Origin: a virus
Lineage: Duplodnaviria; Caudoviricetes
DNA: 37,630 bases
Direction: 5' to 3' (one strand)
Virus record (IMG/VR): IMGVR_UViG_3300009103_000078
Coordinates: 1-37,630 of that record
Shown: piece after piece, positions 16,684-26,777 of the stretch
Layout of the letters: the number at the start of each line of letters is the position of its first letter
Numbering within the stretch: the stretch's first letter is position 1
Notes under the pieces: generated by a model
The model's database searches: none
Told to the model about the DNA's origin: nothing
What the model saw: only the letters and a program-made list of their open reading frames with translations
Program-made: the position numbers and the translations under genes

Positions 16684-17649
16684 GTGAAAAGAGTTTTGAT
16701 TATTGATGCGCTGAACATGTATTTCCGCGCATATATTGTTGATCCTAGTCTATCGACTAATGGTCAACCAATCGGAGGGGTCAAGGGTTTTCTAAAGATC
16801 CTACAGAAACTGGTCCGCGAAACCAAGCCAGATCATATCGTGATTGCGTGGGATGGTGCCGGCGGCTCGCAGAAGCGCAAGTCTGTTAACAAGGGCTACA
16901 AAGAAGGGCGCAAGCCTATCCGCCTGAACCGTGATGTGCGAAACCTCTCCGAGAATGAAGAAATGGAAAATAAGGTGTGGCAGCAGACCCGCCTGATTGA
17001 GTACCTAAACGAGTTGCCAATCTCTCAGACCATGCTTCCAGCAGTGGAGGCAGACGACGTGATCGCCTACGTTTCTAAGCTTCCCCACTTTGCAGATTGG
17101 CAGAAGGTAATCGTTTCCAGCGACAAAGACTTCTTCCAGTTGTGCGACAATAACACTGTAGTGTTCCGACCGATTCAGAAGCAGATCATGAACACTAAGC
17201 GGCTGGTGGACGAGTACAGTATCCACCCGAATAACATGGCGCTCGCCCGCGCTATTGCGGGAGACAAGTCAGACAACTTGCCGGGTGTTACCGGCGTTGG
17301 CTTGGGCACAATTAAGAAGCGTTTTGAATTTTTTGCAGACGAAGAGTTCTGCACGATTAATAACCTTATGGAACATTGCCGTTCACAACTATCCGAGTCG
17401 AAGCTGAAAGTTTATACTTCGATTCTTGAAAACGAAGATGTGATAGCACAGAACTATAAGCTGATGCAGCTATATGCTCCGTCGCTCTCGCCACAGGGCA
17501 AGAGGCAGGTAAGGTTTGCGATTGAAGAGGCAGAAATGCTCCTCAACAAAACAGCGGTTCAGGGTATGATGATTGAAGACGGCTTTGGCGCAGGAGACTG
17601 GTCGTCGTTGTTTCAAACAATGAGGCGAATTGTGGTTGACAACAAGTAG
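16684..17649 (+). CDS. 5'-3' exonuclease / flap endonuclease (T4 RNase H / Pol I N-terminal-like)
   Basis: 'LIIDALN..FRAY', 'AWDG', 'YKEGR', 'EADDVIA', 'SSDKDF.QL', 'GDKSDNLPGV.GVG'. Confidence 0.92.
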   Translation: MKRVLIIDALNMYFRAYIVDPSLSTNGQPIGGVKGFLKILQKLVRETKPDHIVIAWDGAGGSQKRKSVNKGYKEGRKPIRLNRDVRNLSENEEMENKVWQQTRLIEYLNELPISQTMLPAVEADDVIAYVSKLPHFADWQKVIVSSDKDFFQLCDNNTVVFRPIQKQIMNTKRLVDEYSIHPNNMALARAIAGDKSDNLPGVTGVGLGTIKKRFEFFADEEFCTINNLMEHCRSQLSESKLKVYTSILENEDVIAQNYKLMQLYAPSLSPQGKRQVRFAIEEAEMLLNKTAVQGMMIEDGFGAGDWSSLFQTMRRIVVDNK

Positions 17650-17664
17650 CGAACGCGGTATAAT
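17636..17664 (+). promoter_or_regulatory. Consensus sigma-70 promoter of the helicase operon
   Basis: Perfect TTGACA-N17-TATAAT overlapping the exonuclease stop codon. Confidence 0.75.
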
Positions 17665-17682
17665 CTGCACCTAGAGGAAAAA

Positions 17683-19053
17683 ATGTCAGAACAACCCAGT
17701 TTCAGTAAATTTGGAAAGAACTTCCAAGAGGGATTGTGTCAACTTATTCTTGAAGATCGTCCGTTTGCGGATCAGATTCATGAGGTGTTGGATACTAATT
17801 TTTTAGAGCTATCATATCTTCGCACGTTTGTGAAGCAAGTGTTTGCGTATCGCGACAAGTATAACGTACACCCTTCCACCAAGATCATGATGACGCTCCT
17901 CCGCTCCGAGTTGGAGGGAGAGACAGACACCGACAAGCAACAGGTGCGCAGCTATTTTGCGCGCATTTGTAATTCTGAGGTCGAGGGTCGGAAATATATT
18001 AAAGAGATATCGCTTGACTTCTGCAGGAAGCAGAAACTCAAGGAAGCGATGATGGAGTCTGTCAAGCTGTTGCAGACTTCTTCGTTCGATGAGATTAGCG
18101 CGGTGATCAATGACGCTCTCAAGCTTGGGAGCGATAATAATTTTGGTCATGATTACGTGAAAGATTTTGAAGCAAGGTTCCAGCTTAAAACAAGAAATGC
18201 GGTCACAACTGGCTGGCATGAGATTGATTCTCTCACGAAGGGCGGGCTTGGAGCCGGCGAACTTGGAGTGGTCATCGCACCCACAGGTGCTGGAAAGTCT
18301 ATGGTTCTCACACACTTAGGGTCACAGGCGGTCAAGGAAGGCAAGACAGTTATTCACTACACTTTGGAGTTGGCTGAATCAGCTATTGGGAATCGCTATG
18401 ATTCGTGCTTGACGGGCGTACCTTTGGGCGATCTTTTTCAATTGAAAGAATTAGTATATGAGACGGTGCAGGATATAGAAGGCAGACTAATTATTAAGGA
18501 GTATCCGACCAAATCTGCAAGCACCCGCACACTAACAACTCACTTGGAGAAGTTGCGGAAGCGAGATATCACGCCGGATATGATCATTGTCGATTATGGG
18601 GATCTTTTGCGACCTGTTACTTATCAAAAAGAGAAAAGAAATGAACTTGAATCCATCTATGAAGAGTTGCGGGCGATTGCACAAGAAAACAAGTGTCCAG
18701 TGTGGACAGCATCGCAAACCAATAGGTCAGGATTAAATGCAGAAGTTATTACAATGGAGTCGATCAGCGAAGCGTTCAATAAGTGCTTTGTGGCAGACTT
18801 TATTTTCTCTGTCTCCAGAACCATTGACGACAAAAACAACAATACTGGACGAGTATTCGTCGCCAAGAATAGAAACGGACCCGATGGACTCATATATCCG
18901 ATATTTATGGATCCGGGGTCTGTAAAGATCAAGATTCTTCAGCCCACTGGCGAGACTCCCGGTGAAATCATGGAAAACTCTGCAAAGAAACAAGCAGAGA
19001 ATTTAAAAGAAAAATACAAAAACTTTAAGGCTAATAGGAGTAAGCAAACATAA
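17683..19053 (+). CDS. Replicative DnaB-like (SF4, T4 gp41-like) helicase
   Basis: Walker A 'APTGAGKS', 'YTLEL', 'IIVDYGDL', 'TASQTNR', 'AKNRNG'. Confidence 0.9.
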   Translation: MSEQPSFSKFGKNFQEGLCQLILEDRPFADQIHEVLDTNFLELSYLRTFVKQVFAYRDKYNVHPSTKIMMTLLRSELEGETDTDKQQVRSYFARICNSEVEGRKYIKEISLDFCRKQKLKEAMMESVKLLQTSSFDEISAVINDALKLGSDNNFGHDYVKDFEARFQLKTRNAVTTGWHEIDSLTKGGLGAGELGVVIAPTGAGKSMVLTHLGSQAVKEGKTVIHYTLELAESAIGNRYDSCLTGVPLGDLFQLKELVYETVQDIEGRLIIKEYPTKSASTRTLTTHLEKLRKRDITPDMIIVDYGDLLRPVTYQKEKRNELESIYEELRAIAQENKCPVWTASQTNRSGLNAEVITMESISEAFNKCFVADFIFSVSRTIDDKNNNTGRVFVAKNRNGPDGLIYPIFMDPGSVKIKILQPTGETPGEIMENSAKKQAENLKEKYKNFKANRSKQT

Positions 19054-21032
19054 TGTACGAACAAACCGAGAGAGATCCGTCAGTCCGTCGATTTCGACTG
19101 TCAGAATCTTTTATTGATAACTATAGAGATCGACAAGTGCCGTGGGGTCCGTTGGGATATGTGACGTTTAAGAGAACGTATTCGCGACGACTAGAAGAAT
19201 CCTCACCGGGCACTCCCGGTACCGAAGAGTGGCATCAGACATGCCGCCGAGTTATTGAGGGAATGTTTGACATTCAAAAACAACACGTTGCCCGCTTGGG
19301 GCTTGAGTGGAATGATGCAAAGGCTCAGCGCACCGCTAAGGATGCGTATGATAGGCTCTTCACTCTTAAGTGGTCGCCACCCGGTCGTGGGCTGTGGATG
19401 ATGGGCACCAAGTTTGTGCAGGAGCGCACTGGCGCAGGCTTGTTTAACTGCGCGTTCCGCTCCACCAAAGACATTAGCACCAAAGGTGGCTATCTGTTTG
19501 CGTGGATCATGGATGCATTGATGGTCGGCATCGGCGTTGGGTTTGACACCAAGGGTGCCGGCACCGCTACAATTAGTCAGCCCAATTTTGTTGACGATGT
19601 TTATGTTATTGATGACAGTCGTGAGGGCTGGGTACGTTCAGTGCGCATCCTCCTCGACGGCTATTACTTTGGTAATGACGTGCCTCACTTTGACTACAGT
19701 GCTATTCGACCTCTTGGTGCCGCCATCAAGGGTTTCGGTGGTACCTCTGCTGGGCATGAGCCGCTGATGCTGTTACATAATAACCTTAAGGAACTTTACG
19801 ATACTCGCATCGGCGAGTCTGTAACTTCTGTTGACATTGTGGATACAGAGAATCTTATTGGCAAGTGTGTTGTCGCAGGCAATGTTCGTAGGTCTGCTGC
19901 TCTCGCCCTTGGCGCCCATGATGACAAAGAGTATTTGTCGATGAAGAATGATCAAGACAAACTTTACTCTCACCGGTGGGGATCGAATAACTCGTTTGAG
20001 GCGATGGTGGGCATGGATTATACATGGCACGCAGAACAGTCTCAGCAGAATGGAGAGCCGGGGTACATTTGGCTGAACAACGCCCGTACCCGTGGTCGCT
20101 TTAAAGATGAGCCACGCGATGATGACCGTCATGTTATGGGCTTCAACCCTTGTGTGGAGCAGCAGCTTGAAGACGCTGAGTTGTGCTGTCTGGTTGAAAC
20201 GTACCCAGCCAAACATGAGAACTACGAAGACTATCTTAAGACACTAAAGATCGCATACTTGTACGGCAAGACGGTTACGCTGGTGAACACACATTGGCCA
20301 GAAACGAACGCAATTATGCTCAAGAACCGACGTATTGGGCTCTCGCAGTCTGGCGTGGTTCAGGCGTTTGCCAAGCACGGTCGCCGTGAGGTTTATGACT
20401 GGTGCGATAAGGCTTATGATCGTGTGCAGGACTTGGACGAGGAGTATTCAAACTGGCTTTGTATCCCCCGCTCCGTGCGCATGACCAGTATCAAGCCCAG
20501 CGGCACAGTCTCACTGCTCAATGGTTCCACCCCCGGCATCCATTTTCCCGAGTCCGAATACTATCTTCGCAGGATTCGTTTCTCAAACACATCAGATTTA
20601 CTTGATCATTTGAGAAAAGCAGGGTATAATATGGAACCAGATGCATACTCTCCCAACACTACGGTTGTGGAGTTTCCAGTGCAAGAGCCGTACTTTGAGA
20701 AGAGCAAGAAGGACGTGTCGATGTGGGAGCAGTTAGAGATTGCGGCACAGTATCAGCACTTTTGGGCTGATAACTCTGTGTCAGTAACAGTAACCTTTCA
20801 GTCTCACGAAGCCTCGTCACTCAAGGGTGCTCTAGAAATGTACGAAACTCGACTTAAAGCAGTGTCGTTTTTAGCATATAAAGAAACAGGATATAAGCAG
20901 GCTCCATATGAAGCAATCACGAAAGAAGAGTACGAGAAAATGTCAAGCAAAATCACGCCCATTGAGCGTATCGAAACCGAAACCGAAGGTGCTGGATCTA
21001 AGTTCTGCACCAACGACACCTGCACAATCTAG
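19053..21032 (+). CDS. nrdJ: Class II (adenosylcobalamin-dependent) ribonucleotide reductase
   Basis: 'PPGRGLW', 'FNCAF', 'GNVRRSA', 'NPCVEQ.L...ELCCL', 'IKPSGTVS', C-terminal 'CTNDTC'. Confidence 0.88.
   Translation: MYEQTERDPSVRRFRLSESFIDNYRDRQVPWGPLGYVTFKRTYSRRLEESSPGTPGTEEWHQTCRRVIEGMFDIQKQHVARLGLEWNDAKAQRTAKDAYDRLFTLKWSPPGRGLWMMGTKFVQERTGAGLFNCAFRSTKDISTKGGYLFAWIMDALMVGIGVGFDTKGAGTATISQPNFVDDVYVIDDSREGWVRSVRILLDGYYFGNDVPHFDYSAIRPLGAAIKGFGGTSAGHEPLMLLHNNLKELYDTRIGESVTSVDIVDTENLIGKCVVAGNVRRSAALALGAHDDKEYLSMKNDQDKLYSHRWGSNNSFEAMVGMDYTWHAEQSQQNGEPGYIWLNNARTRGRFKDEPRDDDRHVMGFNPCVEQQLEDAELCCLVETYPAKHENYEDYLKTLKIAYLYGKTVTLVNTHWPETNAIMLKNRRIGLSQSGVVQAFAKHGRREVYDWCDKAYDRVQDLDEEYSNWLCIPRSVRMTSIKPSGTVSLLNGSTPGIHFPESEYYLRRIRFSNTSDLLDHLRKAGYNMEPDAYSPNTTVVEFPVQEPYFEKSKKDVSMWEQLEIAAQYQHFWADNSVSVTVTFQSHEASSLKGALEMYETRLKAVSFLAYKETGYKQAPYEAITKEEYEKMSSKITPIERIETETEGAGSKFCTNDTCTI
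20602..20630 (+). promoter_or_regulatory. Possible sigma-70 promoter inside nrdJ, upstream of groES
   Basis: TTGATC-N17-TATAAT. Confidence 0.4.
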
Positions 21033-21040
21033 GAGGACCG

Positions 21041-21313
21041 GTGCTATTAACACCAAAGAACCGACACATTCAAGTTGAAGAACTCAACACCATCGCCGAT
21101 GACGACAAAGGCTTCGTGCTACCTGATGATTATAAACCTCCTGCTAAGGAATACGAGTGTTATCGTGTAGTCGCGTTAGCAGAAGATTGTAAAGACAACT
21201 ATCTTGCTGGCGACGTGATCGCGGTCGAAAGGCACATGGTCAAGAACCTAGATGTCGATGGCTCAAAGTATCTTTTGATTCTGGAGAATTATGTGCTAGC
21301 CTCGCTCGCCTAA
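21041..21313 (+). CDS. groES: GroES-like co-chaperonin
   Basis: GTG start after AGGAGG; 90 aa. 'LTPKNRHIQV', 'GFVLPD', 'AGDVI', 'DGSKYLLILENYVLA'. Confidence 0.65.
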   Translation: MLLTPKNRHIQVEELNTIADDDKGFVLPDDYKPPAKEYECYRVVALAEDCKDNYLAGDVIAVERHMVKNLDVDGSKYLLILENYVLASLA

Positions 21314-22200
21314 TGAAAGAACACAGGTACCAATGGGACGGAGTTATAGTGGGCTATAGCCTTAGCGCCCTGATCTATGCTTTTTATAGTGGCATGCCAG
21401 TGGTTGGGTACCCTTCGTCTGCACCGTGGAATCATGAGAAGCTGCCTCCGACTGACCTATCGGCATACGGAATGGGCAAGGGTGTCATAAGGTATAAGAT
21501 AGACTTGTGGAATCGCCTCTACATGCTGCTGTCGATGGGCGGGCAGCTTCCGTTTGCCGACAACGCGGCAAGCATTCGTATAGATGACGGCGCTCTAGTA
21601 GTCAGCACAAACAACAGATCTCGAATTGTCAGGGGCAACTTTGGAACAGCTTGGATGTTTGATGATGACAAGATTGAAGGCATGCCCCCGATTGTTTCGC
21701 TGTGTGAGGATTACTGTGTCGTAGACTGGTTTGATGTTCGCTCTGGCATGAAACATGGCGAAAGTAAGCTTATGGACCCGTCCGAAGACTTTGTACAAAA
21801 TATATATTTTTACCCTTCACAGAGGCTAGATGGACACCACCCAGACAAGAAGGACTTGTGTTCAGAATCTTTTCTGCACGAAAGTCAGCTTGACGACTTT
21901 GAGCATTCTCCGACGTACGCCCGCTTTAGAATTATAGAGAGAATGAAGGGCGTCGGCATCCGTGGTGCGCGCAATGGGACCGGTCCAAACGGAAAGCCGA
22001 AACACTATGCCCTAAAGATTGAGTTCAACAAGAGGCAGAGGCGCCGCGTAGCAATGCACACTTACGCGGTCCACCCAGCTATAATTTATAATCGTGTCGA
22101 GCCGCACATCCTTTTAAGAGAATGTCTACAGAATTCCAAGCATTATGGCGTTCCACGACCCGCCAACCCGTATATCCCCAAAGTTTTATTAACATCATGA
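21313..22200 (+). CDS. Hypothetical protein with degenerate Rossmann-like N-terminus
   Basis: 'GVIVGYSLSALIYA' resembles a decayed GxGxxG FAD-binding start. TAATG coupling to groES. Confidence 0.55.
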   Translation: MKEHRYQWDGVIVGYSLSALIYAFYSGMPVVGYPSSAPWNHEKLPPTDLSAYGMGKGVIRYKIDLWNRLYMLLSMGGQLPFADNAASIRIDDGALVVSTNNRSRIVRGNFGTAWMFDDDKIEGMPPIVSLCEDYCVVDWFDVRSGMKHGESKLMDPSEDFVQNIYFYPSQRLDGHHPDKKDLCSESFLHESQLDDFEHSPTYARFRIIERMKGVGIRGARNGTGPNGKPKHYALKIEFNKRQRRRVAMHTYAVHPAIIYNRVEPHILLRECLQNSKHYGVPRPANPYIPKVLLTS

Positions 22201-23096
22201 TTCAGACAGGCAAAGGAAATACAGTTTCGTATCATCTTGCTGGTATTATTCCGGTGGCTGGCATGTCTGCAAACATTAACCTTGGACTTCCAAACTGCAT
22301 GGCAATGATTTCTGAAAATTATACAGCTATCGAACACGCGGTCGTCCAATGTGCATACGCGGGCTGCGAAACGATCTGGATTGTCTGCAATGACGACGTT
22401 GCGCCGATTATTAAACACACTCTGGGTGACATGGTTGAGGATCCTGTCTACAGAAATCGCACAATGTCACGATACCCTAGCGAAGAGAGGCAGCAGGTTC
22501 CAATCTACTACGTGCCAGTACACCCAAAGGACAGAGACAAGCGCGATTGTTACGGCTGGAGCGTACTTCATGGCGCCCTCACTGCTTATCATATTTCTAG
22601 TCGGATGAGTAAATGGATTGTTCCAGACAGGTTCTTTGTAGCCTTTCCCACTGGCATATTTAGCGCACAACTTTTGCGTTCCAGTCGTAAGCAGATTTCA
22701 TCAAACAACAGGTTTTATCTATCACACCGAGGCAAGACTATCCGCGACGGCAAGCCGCTCCCCTTCACCTTCGACGGAGAGGACTTCAAGATGTTCCGCC
22801 GCGACGTACGAGAGAAGGGCACCGCCGGCTGGTATGCCCCGAAGGAAGGGGAGAAATACCCGAGCAAGAGGCTCCCGATAGAAAAAAGATACTCCGCACG
22901 TCATTTTTCACTTGACATTGTGTTTGGATCTGCTATAATGGAGGAAGCTAATAAAGTCGAAGTCCCGTGGTTTCACTCTTTAGAGAGTTGGGATCAATAC
23001 CGTAAGTTTTTAGCCTCAGATGAGGCACAGCATATTGAGCGCCCAGACTACTTATTACCAGTCTCAAAACTCAATCCTATAGGCATAGACATTTAA
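22197..23096 (+). CDS. Divergent sugar-phosphate nucleotidyltransferase-fold protein
   Basis: ATGA overlap at 22197-22200. 'LAGIIPVAG', 'AIEHAVVQCAYAGCETIWIV' follow the NTP-transferase N-terminal pattern but lack G.GTR..PK. Confidence 0.55.
   Translation: MIQTGKGNTVSYHLAGIIPVAGMSANINLGLPNCMAMISENYTAIEHAVVQCAYAGCETIWIVCNDDVAPIIKHTLGDMVEDPVYRNRTMSRYPSEERQQVPIYYVPVHPKDRDKRDCYGWSVLHGALTAYHISSRMSKWIVPDRFFVAFPTGIFSAQLLRSSRKQISSNNRFYLSHRGKTIRDGKPLPFTFDGEDFKMFRRDVREKGTAGWYAPKEGEKYPSKRLPIEKRYSARHFSLDIVFGSAIMEEANKVEVPWFHSLESWDQYRKFLASDEAQHIERPDYLLPVSKLNPIGIDI
22912..22939 (+). promoter_or_regulatory. Sigma-70-type promoter inside CDS, upstream of the dnaE operon
   Basis: TTGACA-N16-TATAAT with TG extension. 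Confidence 0.55.
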
Positions 23097-23109
23097 CAAG
23101 GAGAATAAA

Positions 23110-23316
23110 ATGCCCACTAAACCAACACCAACTCAGCTTAAGTCTGAGAACGAACAACTCAAGAGCAAGGTCGATATCCTTGCTGGTCGCATTAACCAGA
23201 TTCAACGTCGCCTAGGCGGTCTGCGCTATCACGTCATTCAAGAGAGTGCCGCAGGTAATGATCTCGGTCCTACCGACTTCGTTCGTCTCGTTGACAACAT
23301 CATTGACGAGGCATAG
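23110..23316 (+). CDS. Small coiled-coil hypothetical protein
   Basis: AGGAG RBS; heptad pattern 'LKSENEQLKSKVDILAGRINQIQRRL'. Confidence 0.6.
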   Translation: MPTKPTPTQLKSENEQLKSKVDILAGRINQIQRRLGGLRYHVIQESAAGNDLGPTDFVRLVDNIIDEA

Positions 23317-23322
23317 CCGTAC

Positions 23323-26300
23323 ATGACAACTCGCGTTTCTTCCGAGATTCCGTTCGTAAACCTACACGCTCACAGTGTTGCAGGTTCGATCTTCGATGCG
23401 ATTGGGTACCCCCAAGAGCACATGGACTTTGCATATCAAAATGGCTGCACTGCTTTGGCGCTGACAGACCATGGGAATATGAATGGGCTTGCCCATCAGG
23501 TACTTCATGCTAAGAAGATGCAAGCCGAGGGAAAAGAATTTAAGCCAATCTACGGCGTCGAAGCATACTTCATTCCCTCCATCGAAGACTGGCGAACGGA
23601 CTATGAAGAAGCCAGAGCCAAGGTAAAGAACAAGAAGGCAGAGTCTCAGTCGGGTACTACGATTGAGGACGAGGATGCTAGTAAGAAGGCAGTGAAGGAT
23701 GTACTTCGCCGTCGCGCTCACCTTGTCTTGGTTGCACAGAACCAGACGGGACTTAATAACCTTTTCAAACTCATCTCCGAAAGCTATCAGCCTGAGAATT
23801 TCTATCGCTATCCGCGAATGGACTATGCTCTGCTTGAGAAATATTCGGAGGGCATCATTGCATCCTCCGCTTGCTTGGGCGGCGTATACGCTCAAGACTT
23901 CTGGCATAGCTGGGAGACTGACGAGGATGGCAACCGTACATTCGACAGGGACGAGTGCCTTGAACGTATGCGTACGACCACGCGCCGGATGCAGTCTATC
24001 TTTGGTGACCGCTGGTATGGGGAGTTGCAGTGGAACAATGTTCCCGAGCAGCACCAACTGAACCAGTGCATCATTGAAATGCATCATGAGTTTGGTATTG
24101 AGCTAGTCTCCACGGCAGACAGTCACTACCCGAGCCCTACCGCATGGAAGGACCGCGAGTTGTATAAGCGACTTGGTTGGCTTGGCAAGTCCAAGCCTGA
24201 CTATGAGAGTAACGAACTACCTATTGATGTAGAGGAGATCGGCTATGAACTATACCCCAAGAACGGCGATCAGATGTGGGAGTCGTATCGGAAGTATTCT
24301 ACTGATGCTGGGGCTGAGTATGATGATGATCTGGTTCTTGGCTCGATTAAGAATGGGCATAACATCGCTCATGACAGGGTTGAGTCGTTCTTTCCAGACA
24401 ACACCGTTCGCCTACCGGACTTTGTGGTACCAGCAGGACATACCGCGACCGAAGCGCTGATTCAATATTCGCTGGAAGGTCTGAAAACCCTTGGCTTCGT
24501 GGACAACGAAGAGTATCGTGATCGGCTCAAGCGAGAGTTGCAGGTCATTGATGACAGAGGGTTCAGCAAATATTTCCTGACCATGAAGGCTATCGCTGAC
24601 AAGGCTACGGAGAAGATGCTAGCTGGTCCCGGTCGAGGTTCGGCTGCAGGCTCGCTGGTGGCATACGCTTTGGGCATCACACAGATTGATCCTATTAAGT
24701 ATGGTCTACTGTTCTCGCGTTTCCTGCGCTCTGACGCCACGGACTATCCAGATATTGATTACGATGTGTCTGACCCGATGGTGCTCAAGGAAGAACTCAT
24801 CGAACAGTGGGGTGAGGATACTGTTGCTCCTATTTCTAACTGGAATACATTGCAACTTAAGTCGCTCATCAAAGATATTTCCAAGTTTTATGGCATTGAG
24901 TTTACAGAGGTGAACGCAGTTACCAGTACGATGATGTTTGAGGCTACAGGTCCAGCGAAGCAACGCCACGGCATCAAGGCGGGCGTGTATGTGCCCACCT
25001 TTGAAGAGGTGATGGAGTTTAGCGGAACCTTGCAGGCATTCCTGAACAAGTATCCGCACGTCAAGACACACGTTAACGCATTGTATGGGCAGACTCGCTC
25101 TTGCTCGCGTCACGCTGGTGGCGTCGTGGTTGCCGAGAACCTTGACCAGTACATGCCGCTGATTAATTCAGGCGGCGTTCGGCAAACGCCATGGTCAGAG
25201 GGGCAGAACGTTCGACATCTTGAACCCATGGGTTTCATTAAATTTGATATCCTTGGGCTGTCTACCCTGAGAATGATCGACGGCGCTATTCGTCATATTC
25301 TTCAGCGACACCACGGCGTTGAGGATCCGACTTTTGAACAGGTACGAGACTTCTACAACAATAACCTTCACCCAGACGCGATTGACTTCGATGATCAGGA
25401 CGTGTATACAAACGTCTTTCATGCTGGCAAGTGGGGAGGAGTGTTTCAGTTCACCGAGAACGGAGCACAAGAGTTCTGTGTTCGCGCTAAGCCATCGAGT
25501 ATTATTGATATCTCAGCCATCACTTCCATCTTTCGTCCCGGTCCATTGAGTGCCGGTGTTGATAAGGATTATGTGGAGGCGAAGCAGGCTCCACAGTATG
25601 TCAAGTATCTTCACCCAATCGTGGAAGAGGTCACTCAGGAGACTTACGGGTTCCTGATCTTCCAAGAGCAGATTGCGATCTTGGCTCACAAGCTGGGCAA
25701 GGATTTGACCCTTGATGAAGGTAACTTGCTTCGCAAGCTACTTACTAAGAAGGGAACAGGTAAGAATGATAAGAAAGCGCTTATTCATAAAAAGTTTGTT
25801 GAAGGTTGCCAAGAGAAGGGCATCAAGCTCGCAGACGCTGAGAGATTGTGGGATACTTTTGAGTACTTTTCTGGTTATGGCTTCAATAAGTCACATGCAG
25901 TGTCGTACTCGGTCCTCTCGTTTCAGTGCGCGTGGCTGATGAATTACTATCCCGCCGAGTGGCTGGCGTCCTTCTTGGACAAAGAGCCAGAGTCTCGAAA
26001 GGAAAAGGCAATCAACGTCGCTAAGAACTATGGTTTTGAGATTGCGCCGCTTGATATTAACAAGTCGGGTACGGTCTGGGAAATCAGCGAGGATGGGCAG
26101 ACGCTTATTCAGCCGCTCACTTCGGTCAAGGGCTTGGGCGAGGCAGCTATCGCACAGGTGATTGCCAACCGTCCATTTAATAACGTTGAGGAGTTTCTGT
26201 TCAACGAGAACATCACGTATTCAAAGTTGAACAAGAAGGCACTCGATGTTCTTATTCGTTGTCAGGCTCTGAACAGTCTGATGGATGAGAGGTTCACGGG

Positions 26301-26775
26301 ACTCAAGCACTTCTGGTCTTGTGTCGCAGTAGACCGACCCAAGAACAAGAAGCGGTTCTTGGAGAACATCGAAGCGTACGCTGACGAGGGCGTGTTCACC
26401 GAGGAAGAACTGATCCAGTATCAGGTTGACCTTACCGGCGTGTTCCCCTTCGACTTGGTTCTCAGCGAGCGCGTACGTCAACGATTGGAAGAGAGGTTCG
26501 TCCCTCCGCTTGGCGAGTTTGATCCTGACCTGCAGGTTGCATGGTTCGTTCCGCGTAAGATCGTTCCGCGCAAGACTAAGCACGGTAAGATCTATTGGAT
26601 TGTCGAAGTCATCGACTCGTCTAACAAGACAACCAAGATCAAGTGCTGGGGTGTCAAGCCCGAGCGAGGTGACAACGTTCAGATTAATCGCCCGTACATG
26701 GCGAAGCTGGACTACGATCCTAAGTGGGGATTCAGCACGCGCTCGATTCACCACAACTTTAGACTATTGGGGTAA
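23323..26775 (+). CDS. dnaE: DNA polymerase III alpha subunit (family C)
   Basis: PHP domain 'NLHAHS', 'ALTDHG'; 'GRGSAAGSLVAY'; 'PDIDYD'; 'SRHAGG'; 'KFDILGL'; 'YGFNKSHA'. No intein seen. Confidence 0.95.
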   Translation: MTTRVSSEIPFVNLHAHSVAGSIFDAIGYPQEHMDFAYQNGCTALALTDHGNMNGLAHQVLHAKKMQAEGKEFKPIYGVEAYFIPSIEDWRTDYEEARAKVKNKKAESQSGTTIEDEDASKKAVKDVLRRRAHLVLVAQNQTGLNNLFKLISESYQPENFYRYPRMDYALLEKYSEGIIASSACLGGVYAQDFWHSWETDEDGNRTFDRDECLERMRTTTRRMQSIFGDRWYGELQWNNVPEQHQLNQCIIEMHHEFGIELVSTADSHYPSPTAWKDRELYKRLGWLGKSKPDYESNELPIDVEEIGYELYPKNGDQMWESYRKYSTDAGAEYDDDLVLGSIKNGHNIAHDRVESFFPDNTVRLPDFVVPAGHTATEALIQYSLEGLKTLGFVDNEEYRDRLKRELQVIDDRGFSKYFLTMKAIADKATEKMLAGPGRGSAAGSLVAYALGITQIDPIKYGLLFSRFLRSDATDYPDIDYDVSDPMVLKEELIEQWGEDTVAPISNWNTLQLKSLIKDISKFYGIEFTEVNAVTSTMMFEATGPAKQRHGIKAGVYVPTFEEVMEFSGTLQAFLNKYPHVKTHVNALYGQTRSCSRHAGGVVVAENLDQYMPLINSGGVRQTPWSEGQNVRHLEPMGFIKFDILGLSTLRMIDGAIRHILQRHHGVEDPTFEQVRDFYNNNLHPDAIDFDDQDVYTNVFHAGKWGGVFQFTENGAQEFCVRAKPSSIIDISAITSIFRPGPLSAGVDKDYVEAKQAPQYVKYLHPIVEEVTQETYGFLIFQEQIAILAHKLGKDLTLDEGNLLRKLLTKKGTGKNDKKALIHKKFVEGCQEKGIKLADAERLWDTFEYFSGYGFNKSHAVSYSVLSFQCAWLMNYYPAEWLASFLDKEPESRKEKAINVAKNYGFEIAPLDINKSGTVWEISEDGQTLIQPLTSVKGLGEAAIAQVIANRPFNNVEEFLFNENITYSKLNKKALDVLIRCQALNSLMDERFTGLKHFWSCVAVDRPKNKKRFLENIEAYADEGVFTEEELIQYQVDLTGVFPFDLVLSERVRQRLEERFVPPLGEFDPDLQVAWFVPRKIVPRKTKHGKIYWIVEVIDSSNKTTKIKCWGVKPERGDNVQINRPYMAKLDYDPKWGFSTRSIHHNFRLLG

Positions 26776-26777
26776 GC

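Noticed and set aside
17683-26775. Inteins or introns in helicase, nrdJ or dnaE
   Set aside because: Lengths are normal, motifs are contiguous, and no intein or homing-endonuclease signatures were seen.
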